Of a stretch of DNA of 64,000 nucleotides, positions 26,241 to 36,834 are shown in pieces. The notes under the pieces are model-generated. The model was not told the DNA's origin. It saw nothing but the letters and a program-made list of their open reading frames with translations, and did not search any database. The first letter of the stretch is position 1, and each line of letters starts with the position of its first letter. Position numbers and translations under genes: made by a program. The DNA comes from Candidatus Daviesbacteria bacterium GW2011_GWA1_41_61 (GTDB taxonomy: Bacteria > Patescibacteriota > Microgenomatia > Daviesbacterales > UBA10151), in the NCBI GenBank assembly GCA_000997385.1, contig LCBT01000004.1, positions 8,002-72,001 of the forward strand. The letters run 5' to 3'.

Positions 26241-29200
26241 ATGCCTGATAAAAATACTAACACAGCCGGAACCCGGGTTTACTGGGGAAATAGAAAAAAT
26301 ATTGACCAAAAATTTGACCTGACATACCTGCAAAAGGAGTCTTATGAACGGTTTATTAAAGAGGGTATCGGGGAGATTTTGTCTTCTGTCAACCCCGTGG
26401 TTGATTTTACGGGTAAAAACTGGAAATTAGAATTCGGCGATTATTCCTTGGGTAAACCCCGCTACACTTTTGAACAGGCAATTTTAAAAGGCGTGTCTTA
26501 TGAAGCTCCTCTTCGGGTGGAGATTACTTTAACCCACCTCCAGACTAACCAACAATATAAGCAAGAAGTTTTTTTAGGAGACATCCCTCAAATGACTGAA
26601 AAGGGGACGTTTATTATCAATGGTATCGAGAGGGTCGTAGTCAATCAGATTGTCCGTTCTCCGGGTGTGTTTTTCTCTTCTTCCCAAGATCCCATCACCG
26701 GGAGGGTAGTTTATTCGGCTGAACTTCGTCCAGCCCATGGATCATGGTTGGAATTTTCTGTTTCCCGGACCGATGTGATTACTGTCAAAATTGACCGGCG
26801 ACGGAAATTTGCAGCCACCACTTTTTTGCGGGCTATTGGTTATGAAGACGAACAGACACTTAACGGACTTTTTACGGGAGTGGATAACCATGAAGATCAC
26901 CATTATCTTGAAGCAACTTTAGCTAAGGACACCACTAAAAATCAAGAAGAAGCGCTTCTGGAAATCTACCGTAAGATGAGACCCGGTGATCCAGTAGTTT
27001 TGGAAAACGCTAAGAATATGTTAAACAACATGTTTTTCAATGCCCGCCGTTATGATTTAACCCGCGTCGGTAGATTTAAGATCAATAAAAAATTAAAAGT
27101 TGATATTGCTAACAGCTCCGAGAATTGGATTTTGAAAAATGAAGATATCGTAGCCACTATTACCTATCTGATTGGCTTGCAAAATGGCAAAGGGAAGGTG
27201 GACGATATTGATCATTTAGCCAACAGACGTGTCAGGCGGGTGGGAGAGTTGGTAGCCCAAAACGCTTTTTGGGTGGGGATGTTGAGGCTGGAGAGAGTCA
27301 TTAAAGAAAGGATGAGCCTGCTTTCCTCCGAAGAAGAGATTAACCCCGGAGGACTGGTCAATGCCCGGCCGATTATCGCCGCGGTAAATGAGTTTTTCCG
27401 GTCTTCGCAACTTTCCCAAATTTTGGATCAAACCAACCCGCTTTCCGAAACCGACCATTTAAGAAGGATTACTGTTACCGGGCAGGGTGGTATTACCAGG
27501 GAAAGAGCCTCTTTTTCGATCCGGGATATTAATCACTCTCAATACGGCCGGATTGATCCTATTAGATCTCCGGAAGGACCCAATATTGGTTTAGTGACTT
27601 ATTTGGCTCTCTATTCGTGGATTAACGAGTATGGGTTTTTAGAGACTCCCTATTATAAAGTAGTCTTAGTTGGGGGTAAGCCCAAGATTACCGATGAGGT
27701 TGTCTATATGTCCGCTGATGATGAAGAGGATTATTACATTACTGAAGCGACAGTTGAAGTTGACCAAAAGGGTTTTATCACTCAAACCAGAGTCCCGGTG
27801 CGTTACAATGGGAGTTTCTTTGAGGTTGATTCTAAGGTAATTAACTTTATTGATGTTTCACCTCAACAGATTACCGGAATTTCGGCGTCCTTAATTCCTT
27901 TCTTAGCTCATGATGATGCCAACCGGGCTTTAATGGGCAGTACCATGCAGAATCAGGCTGTGCCGTTGCTCCTTCCTGCGGCGCCGATTGTCGGCACAGG
28001 GATGGAAAAAGTGGTGGCGGAGAATATGGGACGTGTAGTGCGGGCTCCCTTTGACGGGGTAGTGACTGCGGTGGATGCCACAGTCGTGACTGTCGAGGGC
28101 AAAGAGGGAAAGAAAAGCTGGGAAATTAAAAAATTTGTTAATACTTCCGACAATACTAGCTATAGCCAACGACCGGTAGTAGCTTTGGGGCAAAAGATTA
28201 AAGTAGGAGATCTGTTAATTGATGGCACTGCTACTGATAATGGTGAGTTAGCCTTAGGCCAAAACTTACTAATTGCCTATATGAACTATGAAGGTTTAGG
28301 TTATGAAGATGCCATTGTTATTTCTAATCGGTTGGTGCGGGAGGATGTGCTCTCTTCAGTCTATATTGAAGAGTATGTTACTGATGTTGTCGAAACTAAA
28401 CTGGGACCAGATGAGTTAACCCGGGATATCCCTAATGTAGCTGAAGAAAATCTGGCTAATTTAGACGAAGGCGGTATTGTCCGTATTGGAGCTAAAGTCG
28501 GGCCGAATGATATTTTAGTCGGTAAAGTCCAGCCTAAGGGAGAGACTGAGCTCAGCGCTGAGGAAAGATTGCTTAGAGCTATTTTTGGCGAAAAAGCCAA
28601 AGAGGTCCGTGACACTTCCCTGCGGATGCCACACGGCGAACGGGGTACAGTTATTGGCATTCAAATTCTTTCCCGTGAGGAGGGAGATGAGTTGGATGCT
28701 GGGACAATCAAGAGAATCAAGGTTAAGGTGGCTCAGTTGAGAAAGATCTCCGTGGGGGATAAATTAGCTGGACGGCATGGGAATAAAGGAGTAATTTCTA
28801 AGATTGTGTCGGAGGTGGATATGCCCCATCTGGAAGATGGAACGCCGGTAGATATTGTTATCTCCCCCGTGACCATCCTTTCCCGTATGAATTTAGGACA
28901 GTTACTTGAGGCTCATTTGGGGTTGGCCGCTGAGAAGTTAGGCATTAAGGTAGCTGCGCCGGTATTTGAAAAGATCCCCGAGAATATCATTGTCGAGCAG
29001 CTTAAGAAAGCTGGACTTCCAGAAAATGGTAAGATGAAACTGATTGATGGAAGATCTGGAGAGTACTTTGATCAAGATATTGTAGTGGGGAAAGCTTATC
29101 TTCTAAAGCTGCACCATATGGTGGAGGATAAACAGCATGCCCGTTCTACAGGACCATATTCTATGGTTACTCAGCAACCATTAGGCGGGAAAGCCCAAAT

Positions 29201-29573
29201 GGGAGGACAGAGATTGGGAGAGATGGAGGTTTGGGCCCTGGAGGCTTATGGCGCCGCCCATATTTTACAGGAGATGTTGACTATTAAATCTGATGATGTG
29301 GTGGGCCGGACTAAAGCTTATCAGGCTATCATTCAAGGTGAGGATATCCCCCAAGCTTTAGTCCCAGAATCTTTTAAAGTGTTGGTAAAGGAACTGCAGT
29401 CTTTGGGAGTTAGTGTGGAAACAATCAACCCCACCATAGCAGCTGTAGTAGCAGAGGAGATTAAACCAGAGATAGCTTCCGAGATGGGGGCAGCAACTAT
29501 AGTCCAACCAGAAGAGCTGGGAGAAGGTTCGGGGATTGAAGTTGAAGAGATAGAAAACCTTGAAGCAGAATAG
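26241..29573 (+). CDS. rpoB: DNA-directed RNA polymerase beta subunit
   Basis: 1110 aa, canonical beta motifs (NMQRQAVPL..., GDKLAGRHGNKG). Confidence 0.97.
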   Translation: MPDKNTNTAGTRVYWGNRKNIDQKFDLTYLQKESYERFIKEGIGEILSSVNPVVDFTGKNWKLEFGDYSLGKPRYTFEQAILKGVSYEAPLRVEITLTHLQTNQQYKQEVFLGDIPQMTEKGTFIINGIERVVVNQIVRSPGVFFSSSQDPITGRVVYSAELRPAHGSWLEFSVSRTDVITVKIDRRRKFAATTFLRAIGYEDEQTLNGLFTGVDNHEDHHYLEATLAKDTTKNQEEALLEIYRKMRPGDPVVLENAKNMLNNMFFNARRYDLTRVGRFKINKKLKVDIANSSENWILKNEDIVATITYLIGLQNGKGKVDDIDHLANRRVRRVGELVAQNAFWVGMLRLERVIKERMSLLSSEEEINPGGLVNARPIIAAVNEFFRSSQLSQILDQTNPLSETDHLRRITVTGQGGITRERASFSIRDINHSQYGRIDPIRSPEGPNIGLVTYLALYSWINEYGFLETPYYKVVLVGGKPKITDEVVYMSADDEEDYYITEATVEVDQKGFITQTRVPVRYNGSFFEVDSKVINFIDVSPQQITGISASLIPFLAHDDANRALMGSTMQNQAVPLLLPAAPIVGTGMEKVVAENMGRVVRAPFDGVVTAVDATVVTVEGKEGKKSWEIKKFVNTSDNTSYSQRPVVALGQKIKVGDLLIDGTATDNGELALGQNLLIAYMNYEGLGYEDAIVISNRLVREDVLSSVYIEEYVTDVVETKLGPDELTRDIPNVAEENLANLDEGGIVRIGAKVGPNDILVGKVQPKGETELSAEERLLRAIFGEKAKEVRDTSLRMPHGERGTVIGIQILSREEGDELDAGTIKRIKVKVAQLRKISVGDKLAGRHGNKGVISKIVSEVDMPHLEDGTPVDIVISPVTILSRMNLGQLLEAHLGLAAEKLGIKVAAPVFEKIPENIIVEQLKKAGLPENGKMKLIDGRSGEYFDQDIVVGKAYLLKLHHMVEDKQHARSTGPYSMVTQQPLGGKAQMGGQRLGEMEVWALEAYGAAHILQEMLTIKSDDVVGRTKAYQAIIQGEDIPQALVPESFKVLVKELQSLGVSVETINPTIAAVVAEEIKPEIASEMGAATIVQPEELGEGSGIEVEEIENLEAE

Positions 29574-29657
29574 AAACAAGAAGCTGAGAAGGAAGCAGAA
29601 GGTGCAGGCCTTCTTAAATCAGCCTAGATATGATAGATTTACAGCTGTCCATTTGCT

Positions 29658-32600
29658 ATGAATGATTTATTAGATTTTGAATCTTTAAAAGTTACTATTG
29701 CTAGTCCAGGACAGGTTAAAGCCTGGTCTTTTGGGGAGGTTACTAAGCCGGAAACCATTAACTACCGGACCTTAAAACCGGAAAAAGACGGTCTTTTTGC
29801 TGAAAATATCTTTGGCCCAACCAAAGATTATGAATGTTACTGCGGCAAATACAAACGGATTCGTTACCGTGGTGTAATTTGTGACAAATGCGGTGTTGAG
29901 GTTACCCAAAGCAAGGTCAGACGTGAAAGGTTGGGCCATATCACCTTAGCTGCTCCGGTGGCTCACAATTGGTTTGTCAAAGGGGCTCCTTCCAAACTTT
30001 CCTTAGTTTTGGACTTGTCCTTAAAGAGTCTGGAAGCGGTGATCTATTTTGCTTCTTATTTGGTGATCGAGGTTGATGATCAGGGGAGAACTCAATCTTT
30101 AAGCAAACTAGAAGCAGATTTAGAGGCTAAGAAAAAGCAGGCTTCGGATAATATCGACAAAGGCATCGCGGCTTTGCAATCTGACTTGCGTCGGCAGTTG
30201 GTCGAACTTAAAGGTAAGGGGAGCGAAAATCAGGAGATAGCAGCTGCTGATTTGGAGCTTAAAAGCAAGCAGGAAATTCAAAAGCTACGGGATAACCTGG
30301 CGGTGGAACACAGTCAGCTGGAGCAGATCTTTAAGGCGGTATCTGATCTGACAAAGAGTATTAGTTTCCTCCGGGTTCTCTCCGAAGATGAGTATTTAAA
30401 GCTGGAAGAGTATGGGGTGGCTGATTTTCTCAAGGTTGGTATGGGGGCGGAGGGTTTATTGGAAGTTTTGAAGAAAATTGATCTTAATAAGCTCTCGGCT
30501 GAACTTCGGGAAGAGGTGAGAAAGACTTCAGGACAGCGTCATATCAAAGCCACTAAAAGGTTGCGGGTTATTGAAGGGATGAGGATTGCCAGTATCTCCC
30601 CGGAATGGATGATCATGCAAATTTTGCCGGTTATTCCGCCAGATCTTAGGCCGATGGTTCAACTTCCAGGAGGCCGTTTTGCTACTTCGGACTTAAATGA
30701 CTTGTACCGGCGGGTGATTAACCGTAATAATCGCTTAAAAAGGCTTATTGATTTAGGAGCTCCGGAGATTATTTTGCGTAATGAAAAACGGATGCTTCAG
30801 GAAGCCGTGGACGCTTTGATTGATTCTAATCTCAAAACTACCCGGCGTGGAGCAGGTGGCGGTCATGTTCTGCGCTCTTTGTCCGACATGCTGCGTGGTA
30901 AGCAGGGAAGGTTCAGACAAAACCTGTTGGGTAAACGGGTAGACTATTCGGGCCGGTCAGTTATTGTGGTTGGGCCTCAGTTGAAACTTAATCAAGTGGG
31001 GTTGCCCAAAGAGATGGCTTTGGAGATGTTTAAGCCTTTTGTGTTGCGGGAAGTGATTGCCCGGGGGTTGGCGGCCAATATCAAAGGAGCTAAAAATGTT
31101 TTGGAGATACGATCTTCTGAAGTCTGGGATATTTTGGAAGAGGTTATCTTCGGTCATCCGGTGTTGATCAACCGGGCTCCGACACTGCACCGTTTGGGGA
31201 TTCAGGCTTTCTTCCCAGTGTTAATTGATGGCAGTGCTATCCAAATCCATCCTAGTATCTGTGCCGGATTTGGAGCAGACTTTGATGGGGATCAGATGGC
31301 AGTCCATGTTCCCTTAAGTAAAAAATCCCAGGAAGAGGCAGTCCGTTTAATGATGGCTAAGGAAAATATCTTAAAACCAGCTTCCGGACAGCCGGTGATC
31401 GGCCATAATCGGGAGATGGCTTTAGGGATTTACTATGCCACTTCTGTTGATGAAACCATTATGCCTATTGAAGATCGGGTTTTTATTCCCGATGAAGCGG
31501 TATTAGCTTTCCAGATCGGTAAGATTAAGCTCAGGCAGCAGATTAAAGTTCATCTTAAGGGAGAAGTAACCGAGACAGTGGTGGGAAGAATTTTATTAAA
31601 CCGTCTTTTGCCGGAAAGCATGCGTTTTATTAATAAAACTATTGGTGCCAAAGAAGCGCAATCTATTGTTATGGACGCTTTTAATAAATTAGAACGGGAG
31701 GAAGCAGCTAAATTAATTGATGATCTGAAAGATTTCGGGTTTTGGGGGGTAACTATCTCCGGAGTCTCAGTGGCAGTTTTTGACAACACCATCATTAAGG
31801 AGAAGGATAAAATGATCAAAGACGGCGATAAAGAGGTGGCTGAGATTGAATCTAACTTTAAAAAGGGACTGATTACTAATGAAGAGAGAAAAATTTTAAC
31901 TGAAGAGGTTTGGACTAGAATTGGTGATGAGATCGCCCGCAAGACCTTAGGTTCGCTTGATGCTAATAATCCAGTCAGTGTTATTATGAAATCCGGGGGA
32001 GCCAGAGCTACTACAGAACAGATCAAACAACTTTCCGGTATGCGGGGTTTTTCGGTGGATCCAACTGGAAAGATTGTGGAGTTACCTACCAAATCTAACT
32101 ACCGGCAGGGATTTGCTGTTTTTGAGTATTTCACTTCTTGCCGAGGAGCCAGAAAAGGTGTAGCTGATAAAGCCCTAAAGACTGCTGATGCCGGGTATTT
32201 AACCAGAAGGTTAGTTGATGTGGCGCATGAGGCGATTATCCGAGCTGAAGGGTGTAGTGACAAAGAAGGGGTTAGTCTGCCAGTTCCTACCTCTCTACCA
32301 GCTGTCCTCTCCCGTTTTGTCGGCCGAAAGCTGTCGGCTAAAGTAGTTGACCCCAAAAGCAAAAAAGTCTTGGCTTCAGAAGGCGAGTTTGTTGATGAAG
32401 AAATTTTAAAAAATATTGTTGAGGCAAGAATAGAAAACATCTCTATTTTTTCATCTTTGACCTGTAAGACTAAATTCGGCCTTTGTGCTAAATGTTATGG
32501 TTGGGATTTAACTACTAGGAAAGTTGTTCAGATAGGGGTGCCGGTGGGGGTGGTAGCAGCTCAAAGCATCGGTGAACCCGGGACACAGCTCACGATGAGA

Positions 32601-33338
32601 ACTTTCCATACCGGAGGAGTTGTCGGTGTTGATATTACCATGGGTTTGCCTCGGGTAGAAGAGCTTTTTGAAGCTAGAACCCCCAAGAGTGTCTCCCCAC
32701 TTTCCGAGATTTCCGGCAAAGTTTCCGTCATTGAAGGAGATATGGGTACTAAGATCCGTATTAGAACTACAATTAAACCTTATGAAGAGCGAGAGTATGC
32801 CATTTCGGCTACGGCCACTGTTTTAGTAGAGGATGGACAGTTGATAGCTGCCGGAACACAACTGGCCAGTGGCCACCTTGATATTAAAGAGGTGGTGAGG
32901 GTTAATGGCCTTAAAGCGGCTCAAAGATATATTGTTGACCAAGCTCGGGAGGTATATGCTTCTCAGGGTGTACAAATTAACGATAAACACTTTGAAGTTA
33001 TTGTCCGCAAGATGTCGGATAAGGTTAGAGTAGAGACTCAAGGGGATACTAATTTACTGCCGGGGGAGATTATTGACCGGGTAAGATTTGAAGAAGAAAA
33101 CCAGCGGGTTTTAGCAGCGGGAGGAGATCCGGCTACGGCCTCAGCTATTATTCTGGGTATAACCCGGGCCTCGCTGCTGACGGAATCGTTCCTTTCCGCA
33201 GCTTCGTTCCAAGAAACAACCACTGTTTTGGCTGATGCTGCAGCCTCAGGTAAGGTTGACCGCTTGCTGGGACTTAAGGAAAACGTTATAATTGGACGTT
33301 TGATTCCGACTGATCCTAGCAGGGTCAAAGTGAGATAA
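29658..33338 (+). CDS. rpoC: DNA-directed RNA polymerase beta' subunit
   Basis: 1226 aa; zinc finger [33 protein letters not shown] catalytic motif. Confidence 0.97.
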   Translation: MNDLLDFESLKVTIASPGQVKAWSFGEVTKPETINYRTLKPEKDGLFAENIFGPTKDYECYCGKYKRIRYRGVICDKCGVEVTQSKVRRERLGHITLAAPVAHNWFVKGAPSKLSLVLDLSLKSLEAVIYFASYLVIEVDDQGRTQSLSKLEADLEAKKKQASDNIDKGIAALQSDLRRQLVELKGKGSENQEIAAADLELKSKQEIQKLRDNLAVEHSQLEQIFKAVSDLTKSISFLRVLSEDEYLKLEEYGVADFLKVGMGAEGLLEVLKKIDLNKLSAELREEVRKTSGQRHIKATKRLRVIEGMRIASISPEWMIMQILPVIPPDLRPMVQLPGGRFATSDLNDLYRRVINRNNRLKRLIDLGAPEIILRNEKRMLQEAVDALIDSNLKTTRRGAGGGHVLRSLSDMLRGKQGRFRQNLLGKRVDYSGRSVIVVGPQLKLNQVGLPKEMALEMFKPFVLREVIARGLAANIKGAKNVLEIRSSEVWDILEEVIFGHPVLINRAPTLHRLGIQAFFPVLIDGSAIQIHPSICAGFGADFDGDQMAVHVPLSKKSQEEAVRLMMAKENILKPASGQPVIGHNREMALGIYYATSVDETIMPIEDRVFIPDEAVLAFQIGKIKLRQQIKVHLKGEVTETVVGRILLNRLLPESMRFINKTIGAKEAQSIVMDAFNKLEREEAAKLIDDLKDFGFWGVTISGVSVAVFDNTIIKEKDKMIKDGDKEVAEIESNFKKGLITNEERKILTEEVWTRIGDEIARKTLGSLDANNPVSVIMKSGGARATTEQIKQLSGMRGFSVDPTGKIVELPTKSNYRQGFAVFEYFTSCRGARKGVADKALKTADAGYLTRRLVDVAHEAIIRAEGCSDKEGVSLPVPTSLPAVLSRFVGRKLSAKVVDPKSKKVLASEGEFVDEEILKNIVEARIENISIFSSLTCKTKFGLCAKCYGWDLTTRKVVQIGVPVGVVAAQSIGEPGTQLTMRTFHTGGVVGVDITMGLPRVEELFEARTPKSVSPLSEISGKVSVIEGDMGTKIRIRTTIKPYEEREYAISATATVLVEDGQLIAAGTQLASGHLDIKEVVRVNGLKAAQRYIVDQAREVYASQGVQINDKHFEVIVRKMSDKVRVETQGDTNLLPGEIIDRVRFEEENQRVLAAGGDPATASAIILGITRASLLTESFLSAASFQETTTVLADAAASGKVDRLLGLKENVIIGRLIPTDPSRVKVR

Positions 33339-33411
33339 ATATAATAAGCCTTTTGTAATAGCCTGAATCTCGTTTTTTGGGTAGTTGCAGTAAAAAGTCC
33401 AAATAAAATAT

Positions 33412-33837
33412 ATGCCAACGATAAATCAATTAGTCAGAAAAGGGCGGCGGGAAGCCCGCAAAAAGGTTAAAGCTAGTGCTCTGCGGCGCAGCTTTAATGC
33501 TTTGGACAGAAAATATATACCAACTTTTAATCCTCAAAAAAGGGGAGTGGTGACGGTGGTCAAAACTATGACCCCTAAAAAGCCTAACTCCGCTCTTCGT
33601 AAAGTAGCTAGGGTGAGGTTGTCCAATAAAACAGAGGTAACAGCTTATATTCAAGGCATTGGGCATGATCTGTCGGAGCACGGGATTGTTTTAATAAGAG
33701 GCGGTAGGGTTAAAGATTTGCCAGGGGTTAAATATCATATCGTCCGTGGGAGGCTGGATATGAGCGGGGTGCAAAAACGGATGACCAGTAGATCTAAATA
33801 TGGATCAAAGAGAATGTCAGGAGGAACAAAAGTTTAA
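33412..33837 (+). CDS. rpsL: 30S ribosomal protein S12 (with about 13-aa N-terminal-region insertion)
   Basis: [11 protein letters not shown]...[16 protein letters not shown]...[20 protein letters not shown]; 141 aa vs 124 typical. Confidence 0.95.
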   Translation: MPTINQLVRKGRREARKKVKASALRRSFNALDRKYIPTFNPQKRGVVTVVKTMTPKKPNSALRKVARVRLSNKTEVTAYIQGIGHDLSEHGIVLIRGGRVKDLPGVKYHIVRGRLDMSGVQKRMTSRSKYGSKRMSGGTKV

Positions 33838-33843
33838 ATAACC

Positions 33844-34326
33844 ATGCCTAGATCAGGAAAAATTACCAAGAGAGTTGTTTTGCCAGATCCAGTTTATAAC
33901 TCTCGTCTTTTAAGCAGGTTTATCAACCGGATGATGTTTTCCGGTAAAAAAACAGTGGCTCAAAACTTGGTCTATCAAGCCCTGGAAGAGATTGAAAAAA
34001 CTGCTGGCAAAAATCCCCTGACTGTCTTTGAGGCAGCGATCTCGAATGTTATGCCCAGGATGGAAGTACGGCCAAGAAGGATTGGCGGAGCTTCTTATCA
34101 AATCCCGGTTGAGGTAAGAGGAGACCGCAAGGAGGCTTTAGCGGTTCGCTGGATAATTGAGGCTGCCAGAAACCGTTCTAATAAAGAATACCACACCTTT
34201 GATAAAAAGTTGGCTGCTGAATTTTTAGATGCCTCTGAAGGCAAGGGCGCAGCTATTAAGAAGAAAGAAGATACCCTACGGGTAGCAGAAGCCAACCGGG
34301 CTTTCAGCCATTTCAAATGGCAGTAA
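33844..34326 (+). CDS. rpsG: 30S ribosomal protein S7
   Basis: Conserved S7 sequence, 160 aa. Confidence 0.95.
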   Translation: MPRSGKITKRVVLPDPVYNSRLLSRFINRMMFSGKKTVAQNLVYQALEEIEKTAGKNPLTVFEAAISNVMPRMEVRPRRIGGASYQIPVEVRGDRKEALAVRWIIEAARNRSNKEYHTFDKKLAAEFLDASEGKGAAIKKKEDTLRVAEANRAFSHFKWQ

Positions 34327-34342
34327 ATTTTTCCTAAAGTAT

Positions 34343-34371
34343 TTGACTTTCTATTCAAACTTGGGTAATAT
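34343..34371 (+). promoter_or_regulatory. sigma70-like promoter TTGACT-17-TAATAT downstream of rpsG
   Basis: ttgact ttctattcaaacttggg taatat read directly. Confidence 0.4.
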
Positions 34372-34404
34372 TACCCTGTAAGACAGCTTAAAAAGCTGGT
34401 GGTA

Positions 34405-34431
34405 GAGCCTCCTAAAAGAGGAGGCTTTTTA
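34405..34431 (+). terminator. intrinsic terminator-like hairpin (gagcctcct-aaaag-aggaggctt + T5) between promoter and SD of the Gre-N gene
   Basis: 8-9 bp GC-rich stem with 5-nt loop followed by ttttt, then SD aaggagg and ATG 34455. Confidence 0.55.
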
Positions 34432-34454
34432 AATGTTTAAGGAGGAATAATTGA

Positions 34455-34688
34455 ATGGATAAATTAAGTTTGGAAAAGATTAATATGTGGAAGGGAAAAC
34501 TGCAAAAACTCCAAAAAGAGTACGAGGAGATTATGCAAAAAAGAGGTGAAGCCATGCAGATGGGAGATCTGAGAGAGAATGCTGCTTTCCAATCTTTATC
34601 TGAAGATGCTGATACCTGGCGGGCCAGAATGGAAGAGCTAAAAAATATTATTACCAAACTGGAACATGAAAACCCGGGAGCCAAATAA
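34455..34688 (+). CDS. Gre-factor N-terminal coiled-coil domain-only protein (77 aa)
   Basis: [30 protein letters not shown] aligns to GreA [30 protein letters not shown] incl. acidic tip D..E; no C-terminal FKBP-like domain; strong SD; TAATG overlap with fusA. Confidence 0.7.
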   Translation: MDKLSLEKINMWKGKLQKLQKEYEEIMQKRGEAMQMGDLRENAAFQSLSEDADTWRARMEELKNIITKLEHENPGAK

Positions 34689-36829
34689 TGGCTGTAGCAA
34701 CTCAAACCAAAAGGGATTTTCCCTTAGATAGAATTAGAAATATCGGCATCATCGCCCATATTGATGCTGGAAAAACTACCACCACCGAAAGAATCCTTTT
34801 TTATACCGGTAGAACTTATAAAATCGGCGATATTGATGAGGGTACTACCACTACTGACTGGATGGAGCAGGAAAAAGAGAGGGGAATCACCATTGTTTCC
34901 GCTGCCATTACTACTTTTTGGATCCCTAAATCTGGGCCTTTTGAGGGTCAGGAAACCAGAATTAATATTATCGATACTCCGGGGCACGTTGACTTTACTG
35001 CTGAGGTAGAAAGGTCACTGCGGGTTTTAGACGGGGGAGTAATTGTGCTGGATGCAGCTTCCGGTGTTCAATCCCAAACTGAAACTGTCTGGAGACAGGC
35101 TAACAAATATAAAGTCCCTTTAGTGGCTTTTGCCAACAAGATGGATGTGGTGGGGGCAGATTTTTTAGCTACCATCCAATCAGCCAGAGATAGGTTAGGA
35201 GCCAATGCCTTGCCTTATAATCTGCCGATTGGCAGTGAAAATGATTTTAAAGGGGTGGTTGATCTTTTAACTAAAAAAGCCTATATCTGGGAGGGTGATC
35301 AAACTGGAGCCAAGTTTAATGAAGCAGAGATTCCTGCCCGGATGGTTGATCTGGTTGCTACCTGGCGGGATAAGTTGGTGGAAGAGATCTCCGGGACTGA
35401 TGATGTCTTGATGGAAAAGTATTTGAATGGGGAAGAGATCAGTGTTGAGGAGCTTAAAAAATCCTTAAGACAAGCGGTCATTGATAATAAAATTGTCCCA
35501 GTAATGGCTGGGTCATCTCTTAGGAATAAAGGTGTCCAGCCGATGCTGGATGCAGCAGTAGAGTTTTTGCCTTCCCCTCAGGATGTTTCGGAAGTGGTAG
35601 GAGAAAATCCCCGTTCCGGTGAACAAGAGATTAGAAAAGCTGACCCTAAATCCCCTTTGTCAGCCTTAGCTTTTAAGATTCAAGTTGATCCCCATGTGGG
35701 GAAGCTAACTTATCTGCGGGTTTATTCGGGGACTATTCAATCTGGTTCTTATCTTTATAACTCCTCCAAAGGCATTAAAGAAAGAGTCGGTCGCTTAATG
35801 TTGATGCATGCCAATGACCGGGAGGAGATTGAGGAAGCTTACGCCGGAGAGATTGTGGCAGCAGTGGGCTTAAAAGAGACTATTACCGGCAACACTTTAT
35901 GTGATGAAAACGCCCCGATTGTTTTAGAGTCCATTACTTTTCCTGATCCGGTGATCTCTTTAGCTATTGAACCTAAAACCAAATCTGACCAGGAAAAATT
36001 AGGCACGGCACTATCAAGGTTATCAGAAGAAGATCCTACCTTCAGAGTCAAAGTCGACCAGGAAACCGGCCAGACCATTATTGCCGGAATGGGAGAGTTA
36101 CAGCTGGAGGTGCTAGTAGATAGGATGAGGCGGGAGTTTAAAGTGGAGGCTAATGTCGGCCAACCTCAAGTAGCTTATAAAGAGACTATCACTCAAACTG
36201 CCAGCGGTGAGGGTAAATACATCCGTCAAACTGGAGGACGGGGTCAATACGGGCATTGTTTTCTAAGAATTGAACCTCTTCCCCGGGGGCAAGGCCGGGA
36301 GTTTGCCTCAGCGATTGTTGGCGGAGCCATACCTCGGGAGTTTATCCCAGCTATTGAAAAGGGGGTTTTAGAAAAAGAAGATACCGGTATTTTGGCAGGT
36401 TATCCTGTCACCGATATTAAGGTGGCAGTTTATGATGGATCTTTCCATGATGTGGATTCTTCAGAGATGGCTTTTAAGATTGCCGGTTCCCTAGGGCTTT
36501 CTGAAGCTGCCAAAAAGGCTGAAATGGTGTTACTTGAGCCTATCATGAAGGTGGAGGTCACCACTCCGGAGGAGTTTTTGGGAGACATGATTGCTGATTT
36601 ATCTTCTAAAAGGGCGCAGATTCAATCTACGGAGATGAGAGGTAATGCCAGGGTAGTACTAGCTTTAGTTCCCTTAGCTGAGATGGGTGGTTATGCTACT
36701 ACTATCAGAAGTATGTCTCAAGGAAGAGCTACTTACTATATGGAAGCAGATCACTATGAGGAAGTTCCCAAAAATATTACCCAAAAGATCGTTGAATCCT
36801 CCGGCTTCACCGGCAGGGTAGAACACTAA
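34688..36829 (+). CDS. fusA: elongation factor G
   Basis: 713 aa, G-domain motifs [21 protein letters not shown]. Confidence 0.97.
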   Translation: MAVATQTKRDFPLDRIRNIGIIAHIDAGKTTTTERILFYTGRTYKIGDIDEGTTTTDWMEQEKERGITIVSAAITTFWIPKSGPFEGQETRINIIDTPGHVDFTAEVERSLRVLDGGVIVLDAASGVQSQTETVWRQANKYKVPLVAFANKMDVVGADFLATIQSARDRLGANALPYNLPIGSENDFKGVVDLLTKKAYIWEGDQTGAKFNEAEIPARMVDLVATWRDKLVEEISGTDDVLMEKYLNGEEISVEELKKSLRQAVIDNKIVPVMAGSSLRNKGVQPMLDAAVEFLPSPQDVSEVVGENPRSGEQEIRKADPKSPLSALAFKIQVDPHVGKLTYLRVYSGTIQSGSYLYNSSKGIKERVGRLMLMHANDREEIEEAYAGEIVAAVGLKETITGNTLCDENAPIVLESITFPDPVISLAIEPKTKSDQEKLGTALSRLSEEDPTFRVKVDQETGQTIIAGMGELQLEVLVDRMRREFKVEANVGQPQVAYKETITQTASGEGKYIRQTGGRGQYGHCFLRIEPLPRGQGREFASAIVGGAIPREFIPAIEKGVLEKEDTGILAGYPVTDIKVAVYDGSFHDVDSSEMAFKIAGSLGLSEAAKKAEMVLLEPIMKVEVTTPEEFLGDMIADLSSKRAQIQSTEMRGNARVVLALVPLAEMGGYATTIRSMSQGRATYYMEADHYEEVPKNITQKIVESSGFTGRVEH
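36800..36829. repeat. direct repeat copy A (3' end of fusA, tccggcttcaccggcagggtagaacactaa)
   Basis: 29/30 identical to 39097-39126. Confidence 0.85.
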
Positions 36830-36834
36830 AAAAG

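Noticed and set aside
31550-32440. Minus-strand ORFs of 180 and 113 aa inside rpoC
   Set aside because: Antisense shadows of rpoC with Ser/Leu-rich nonsense translations
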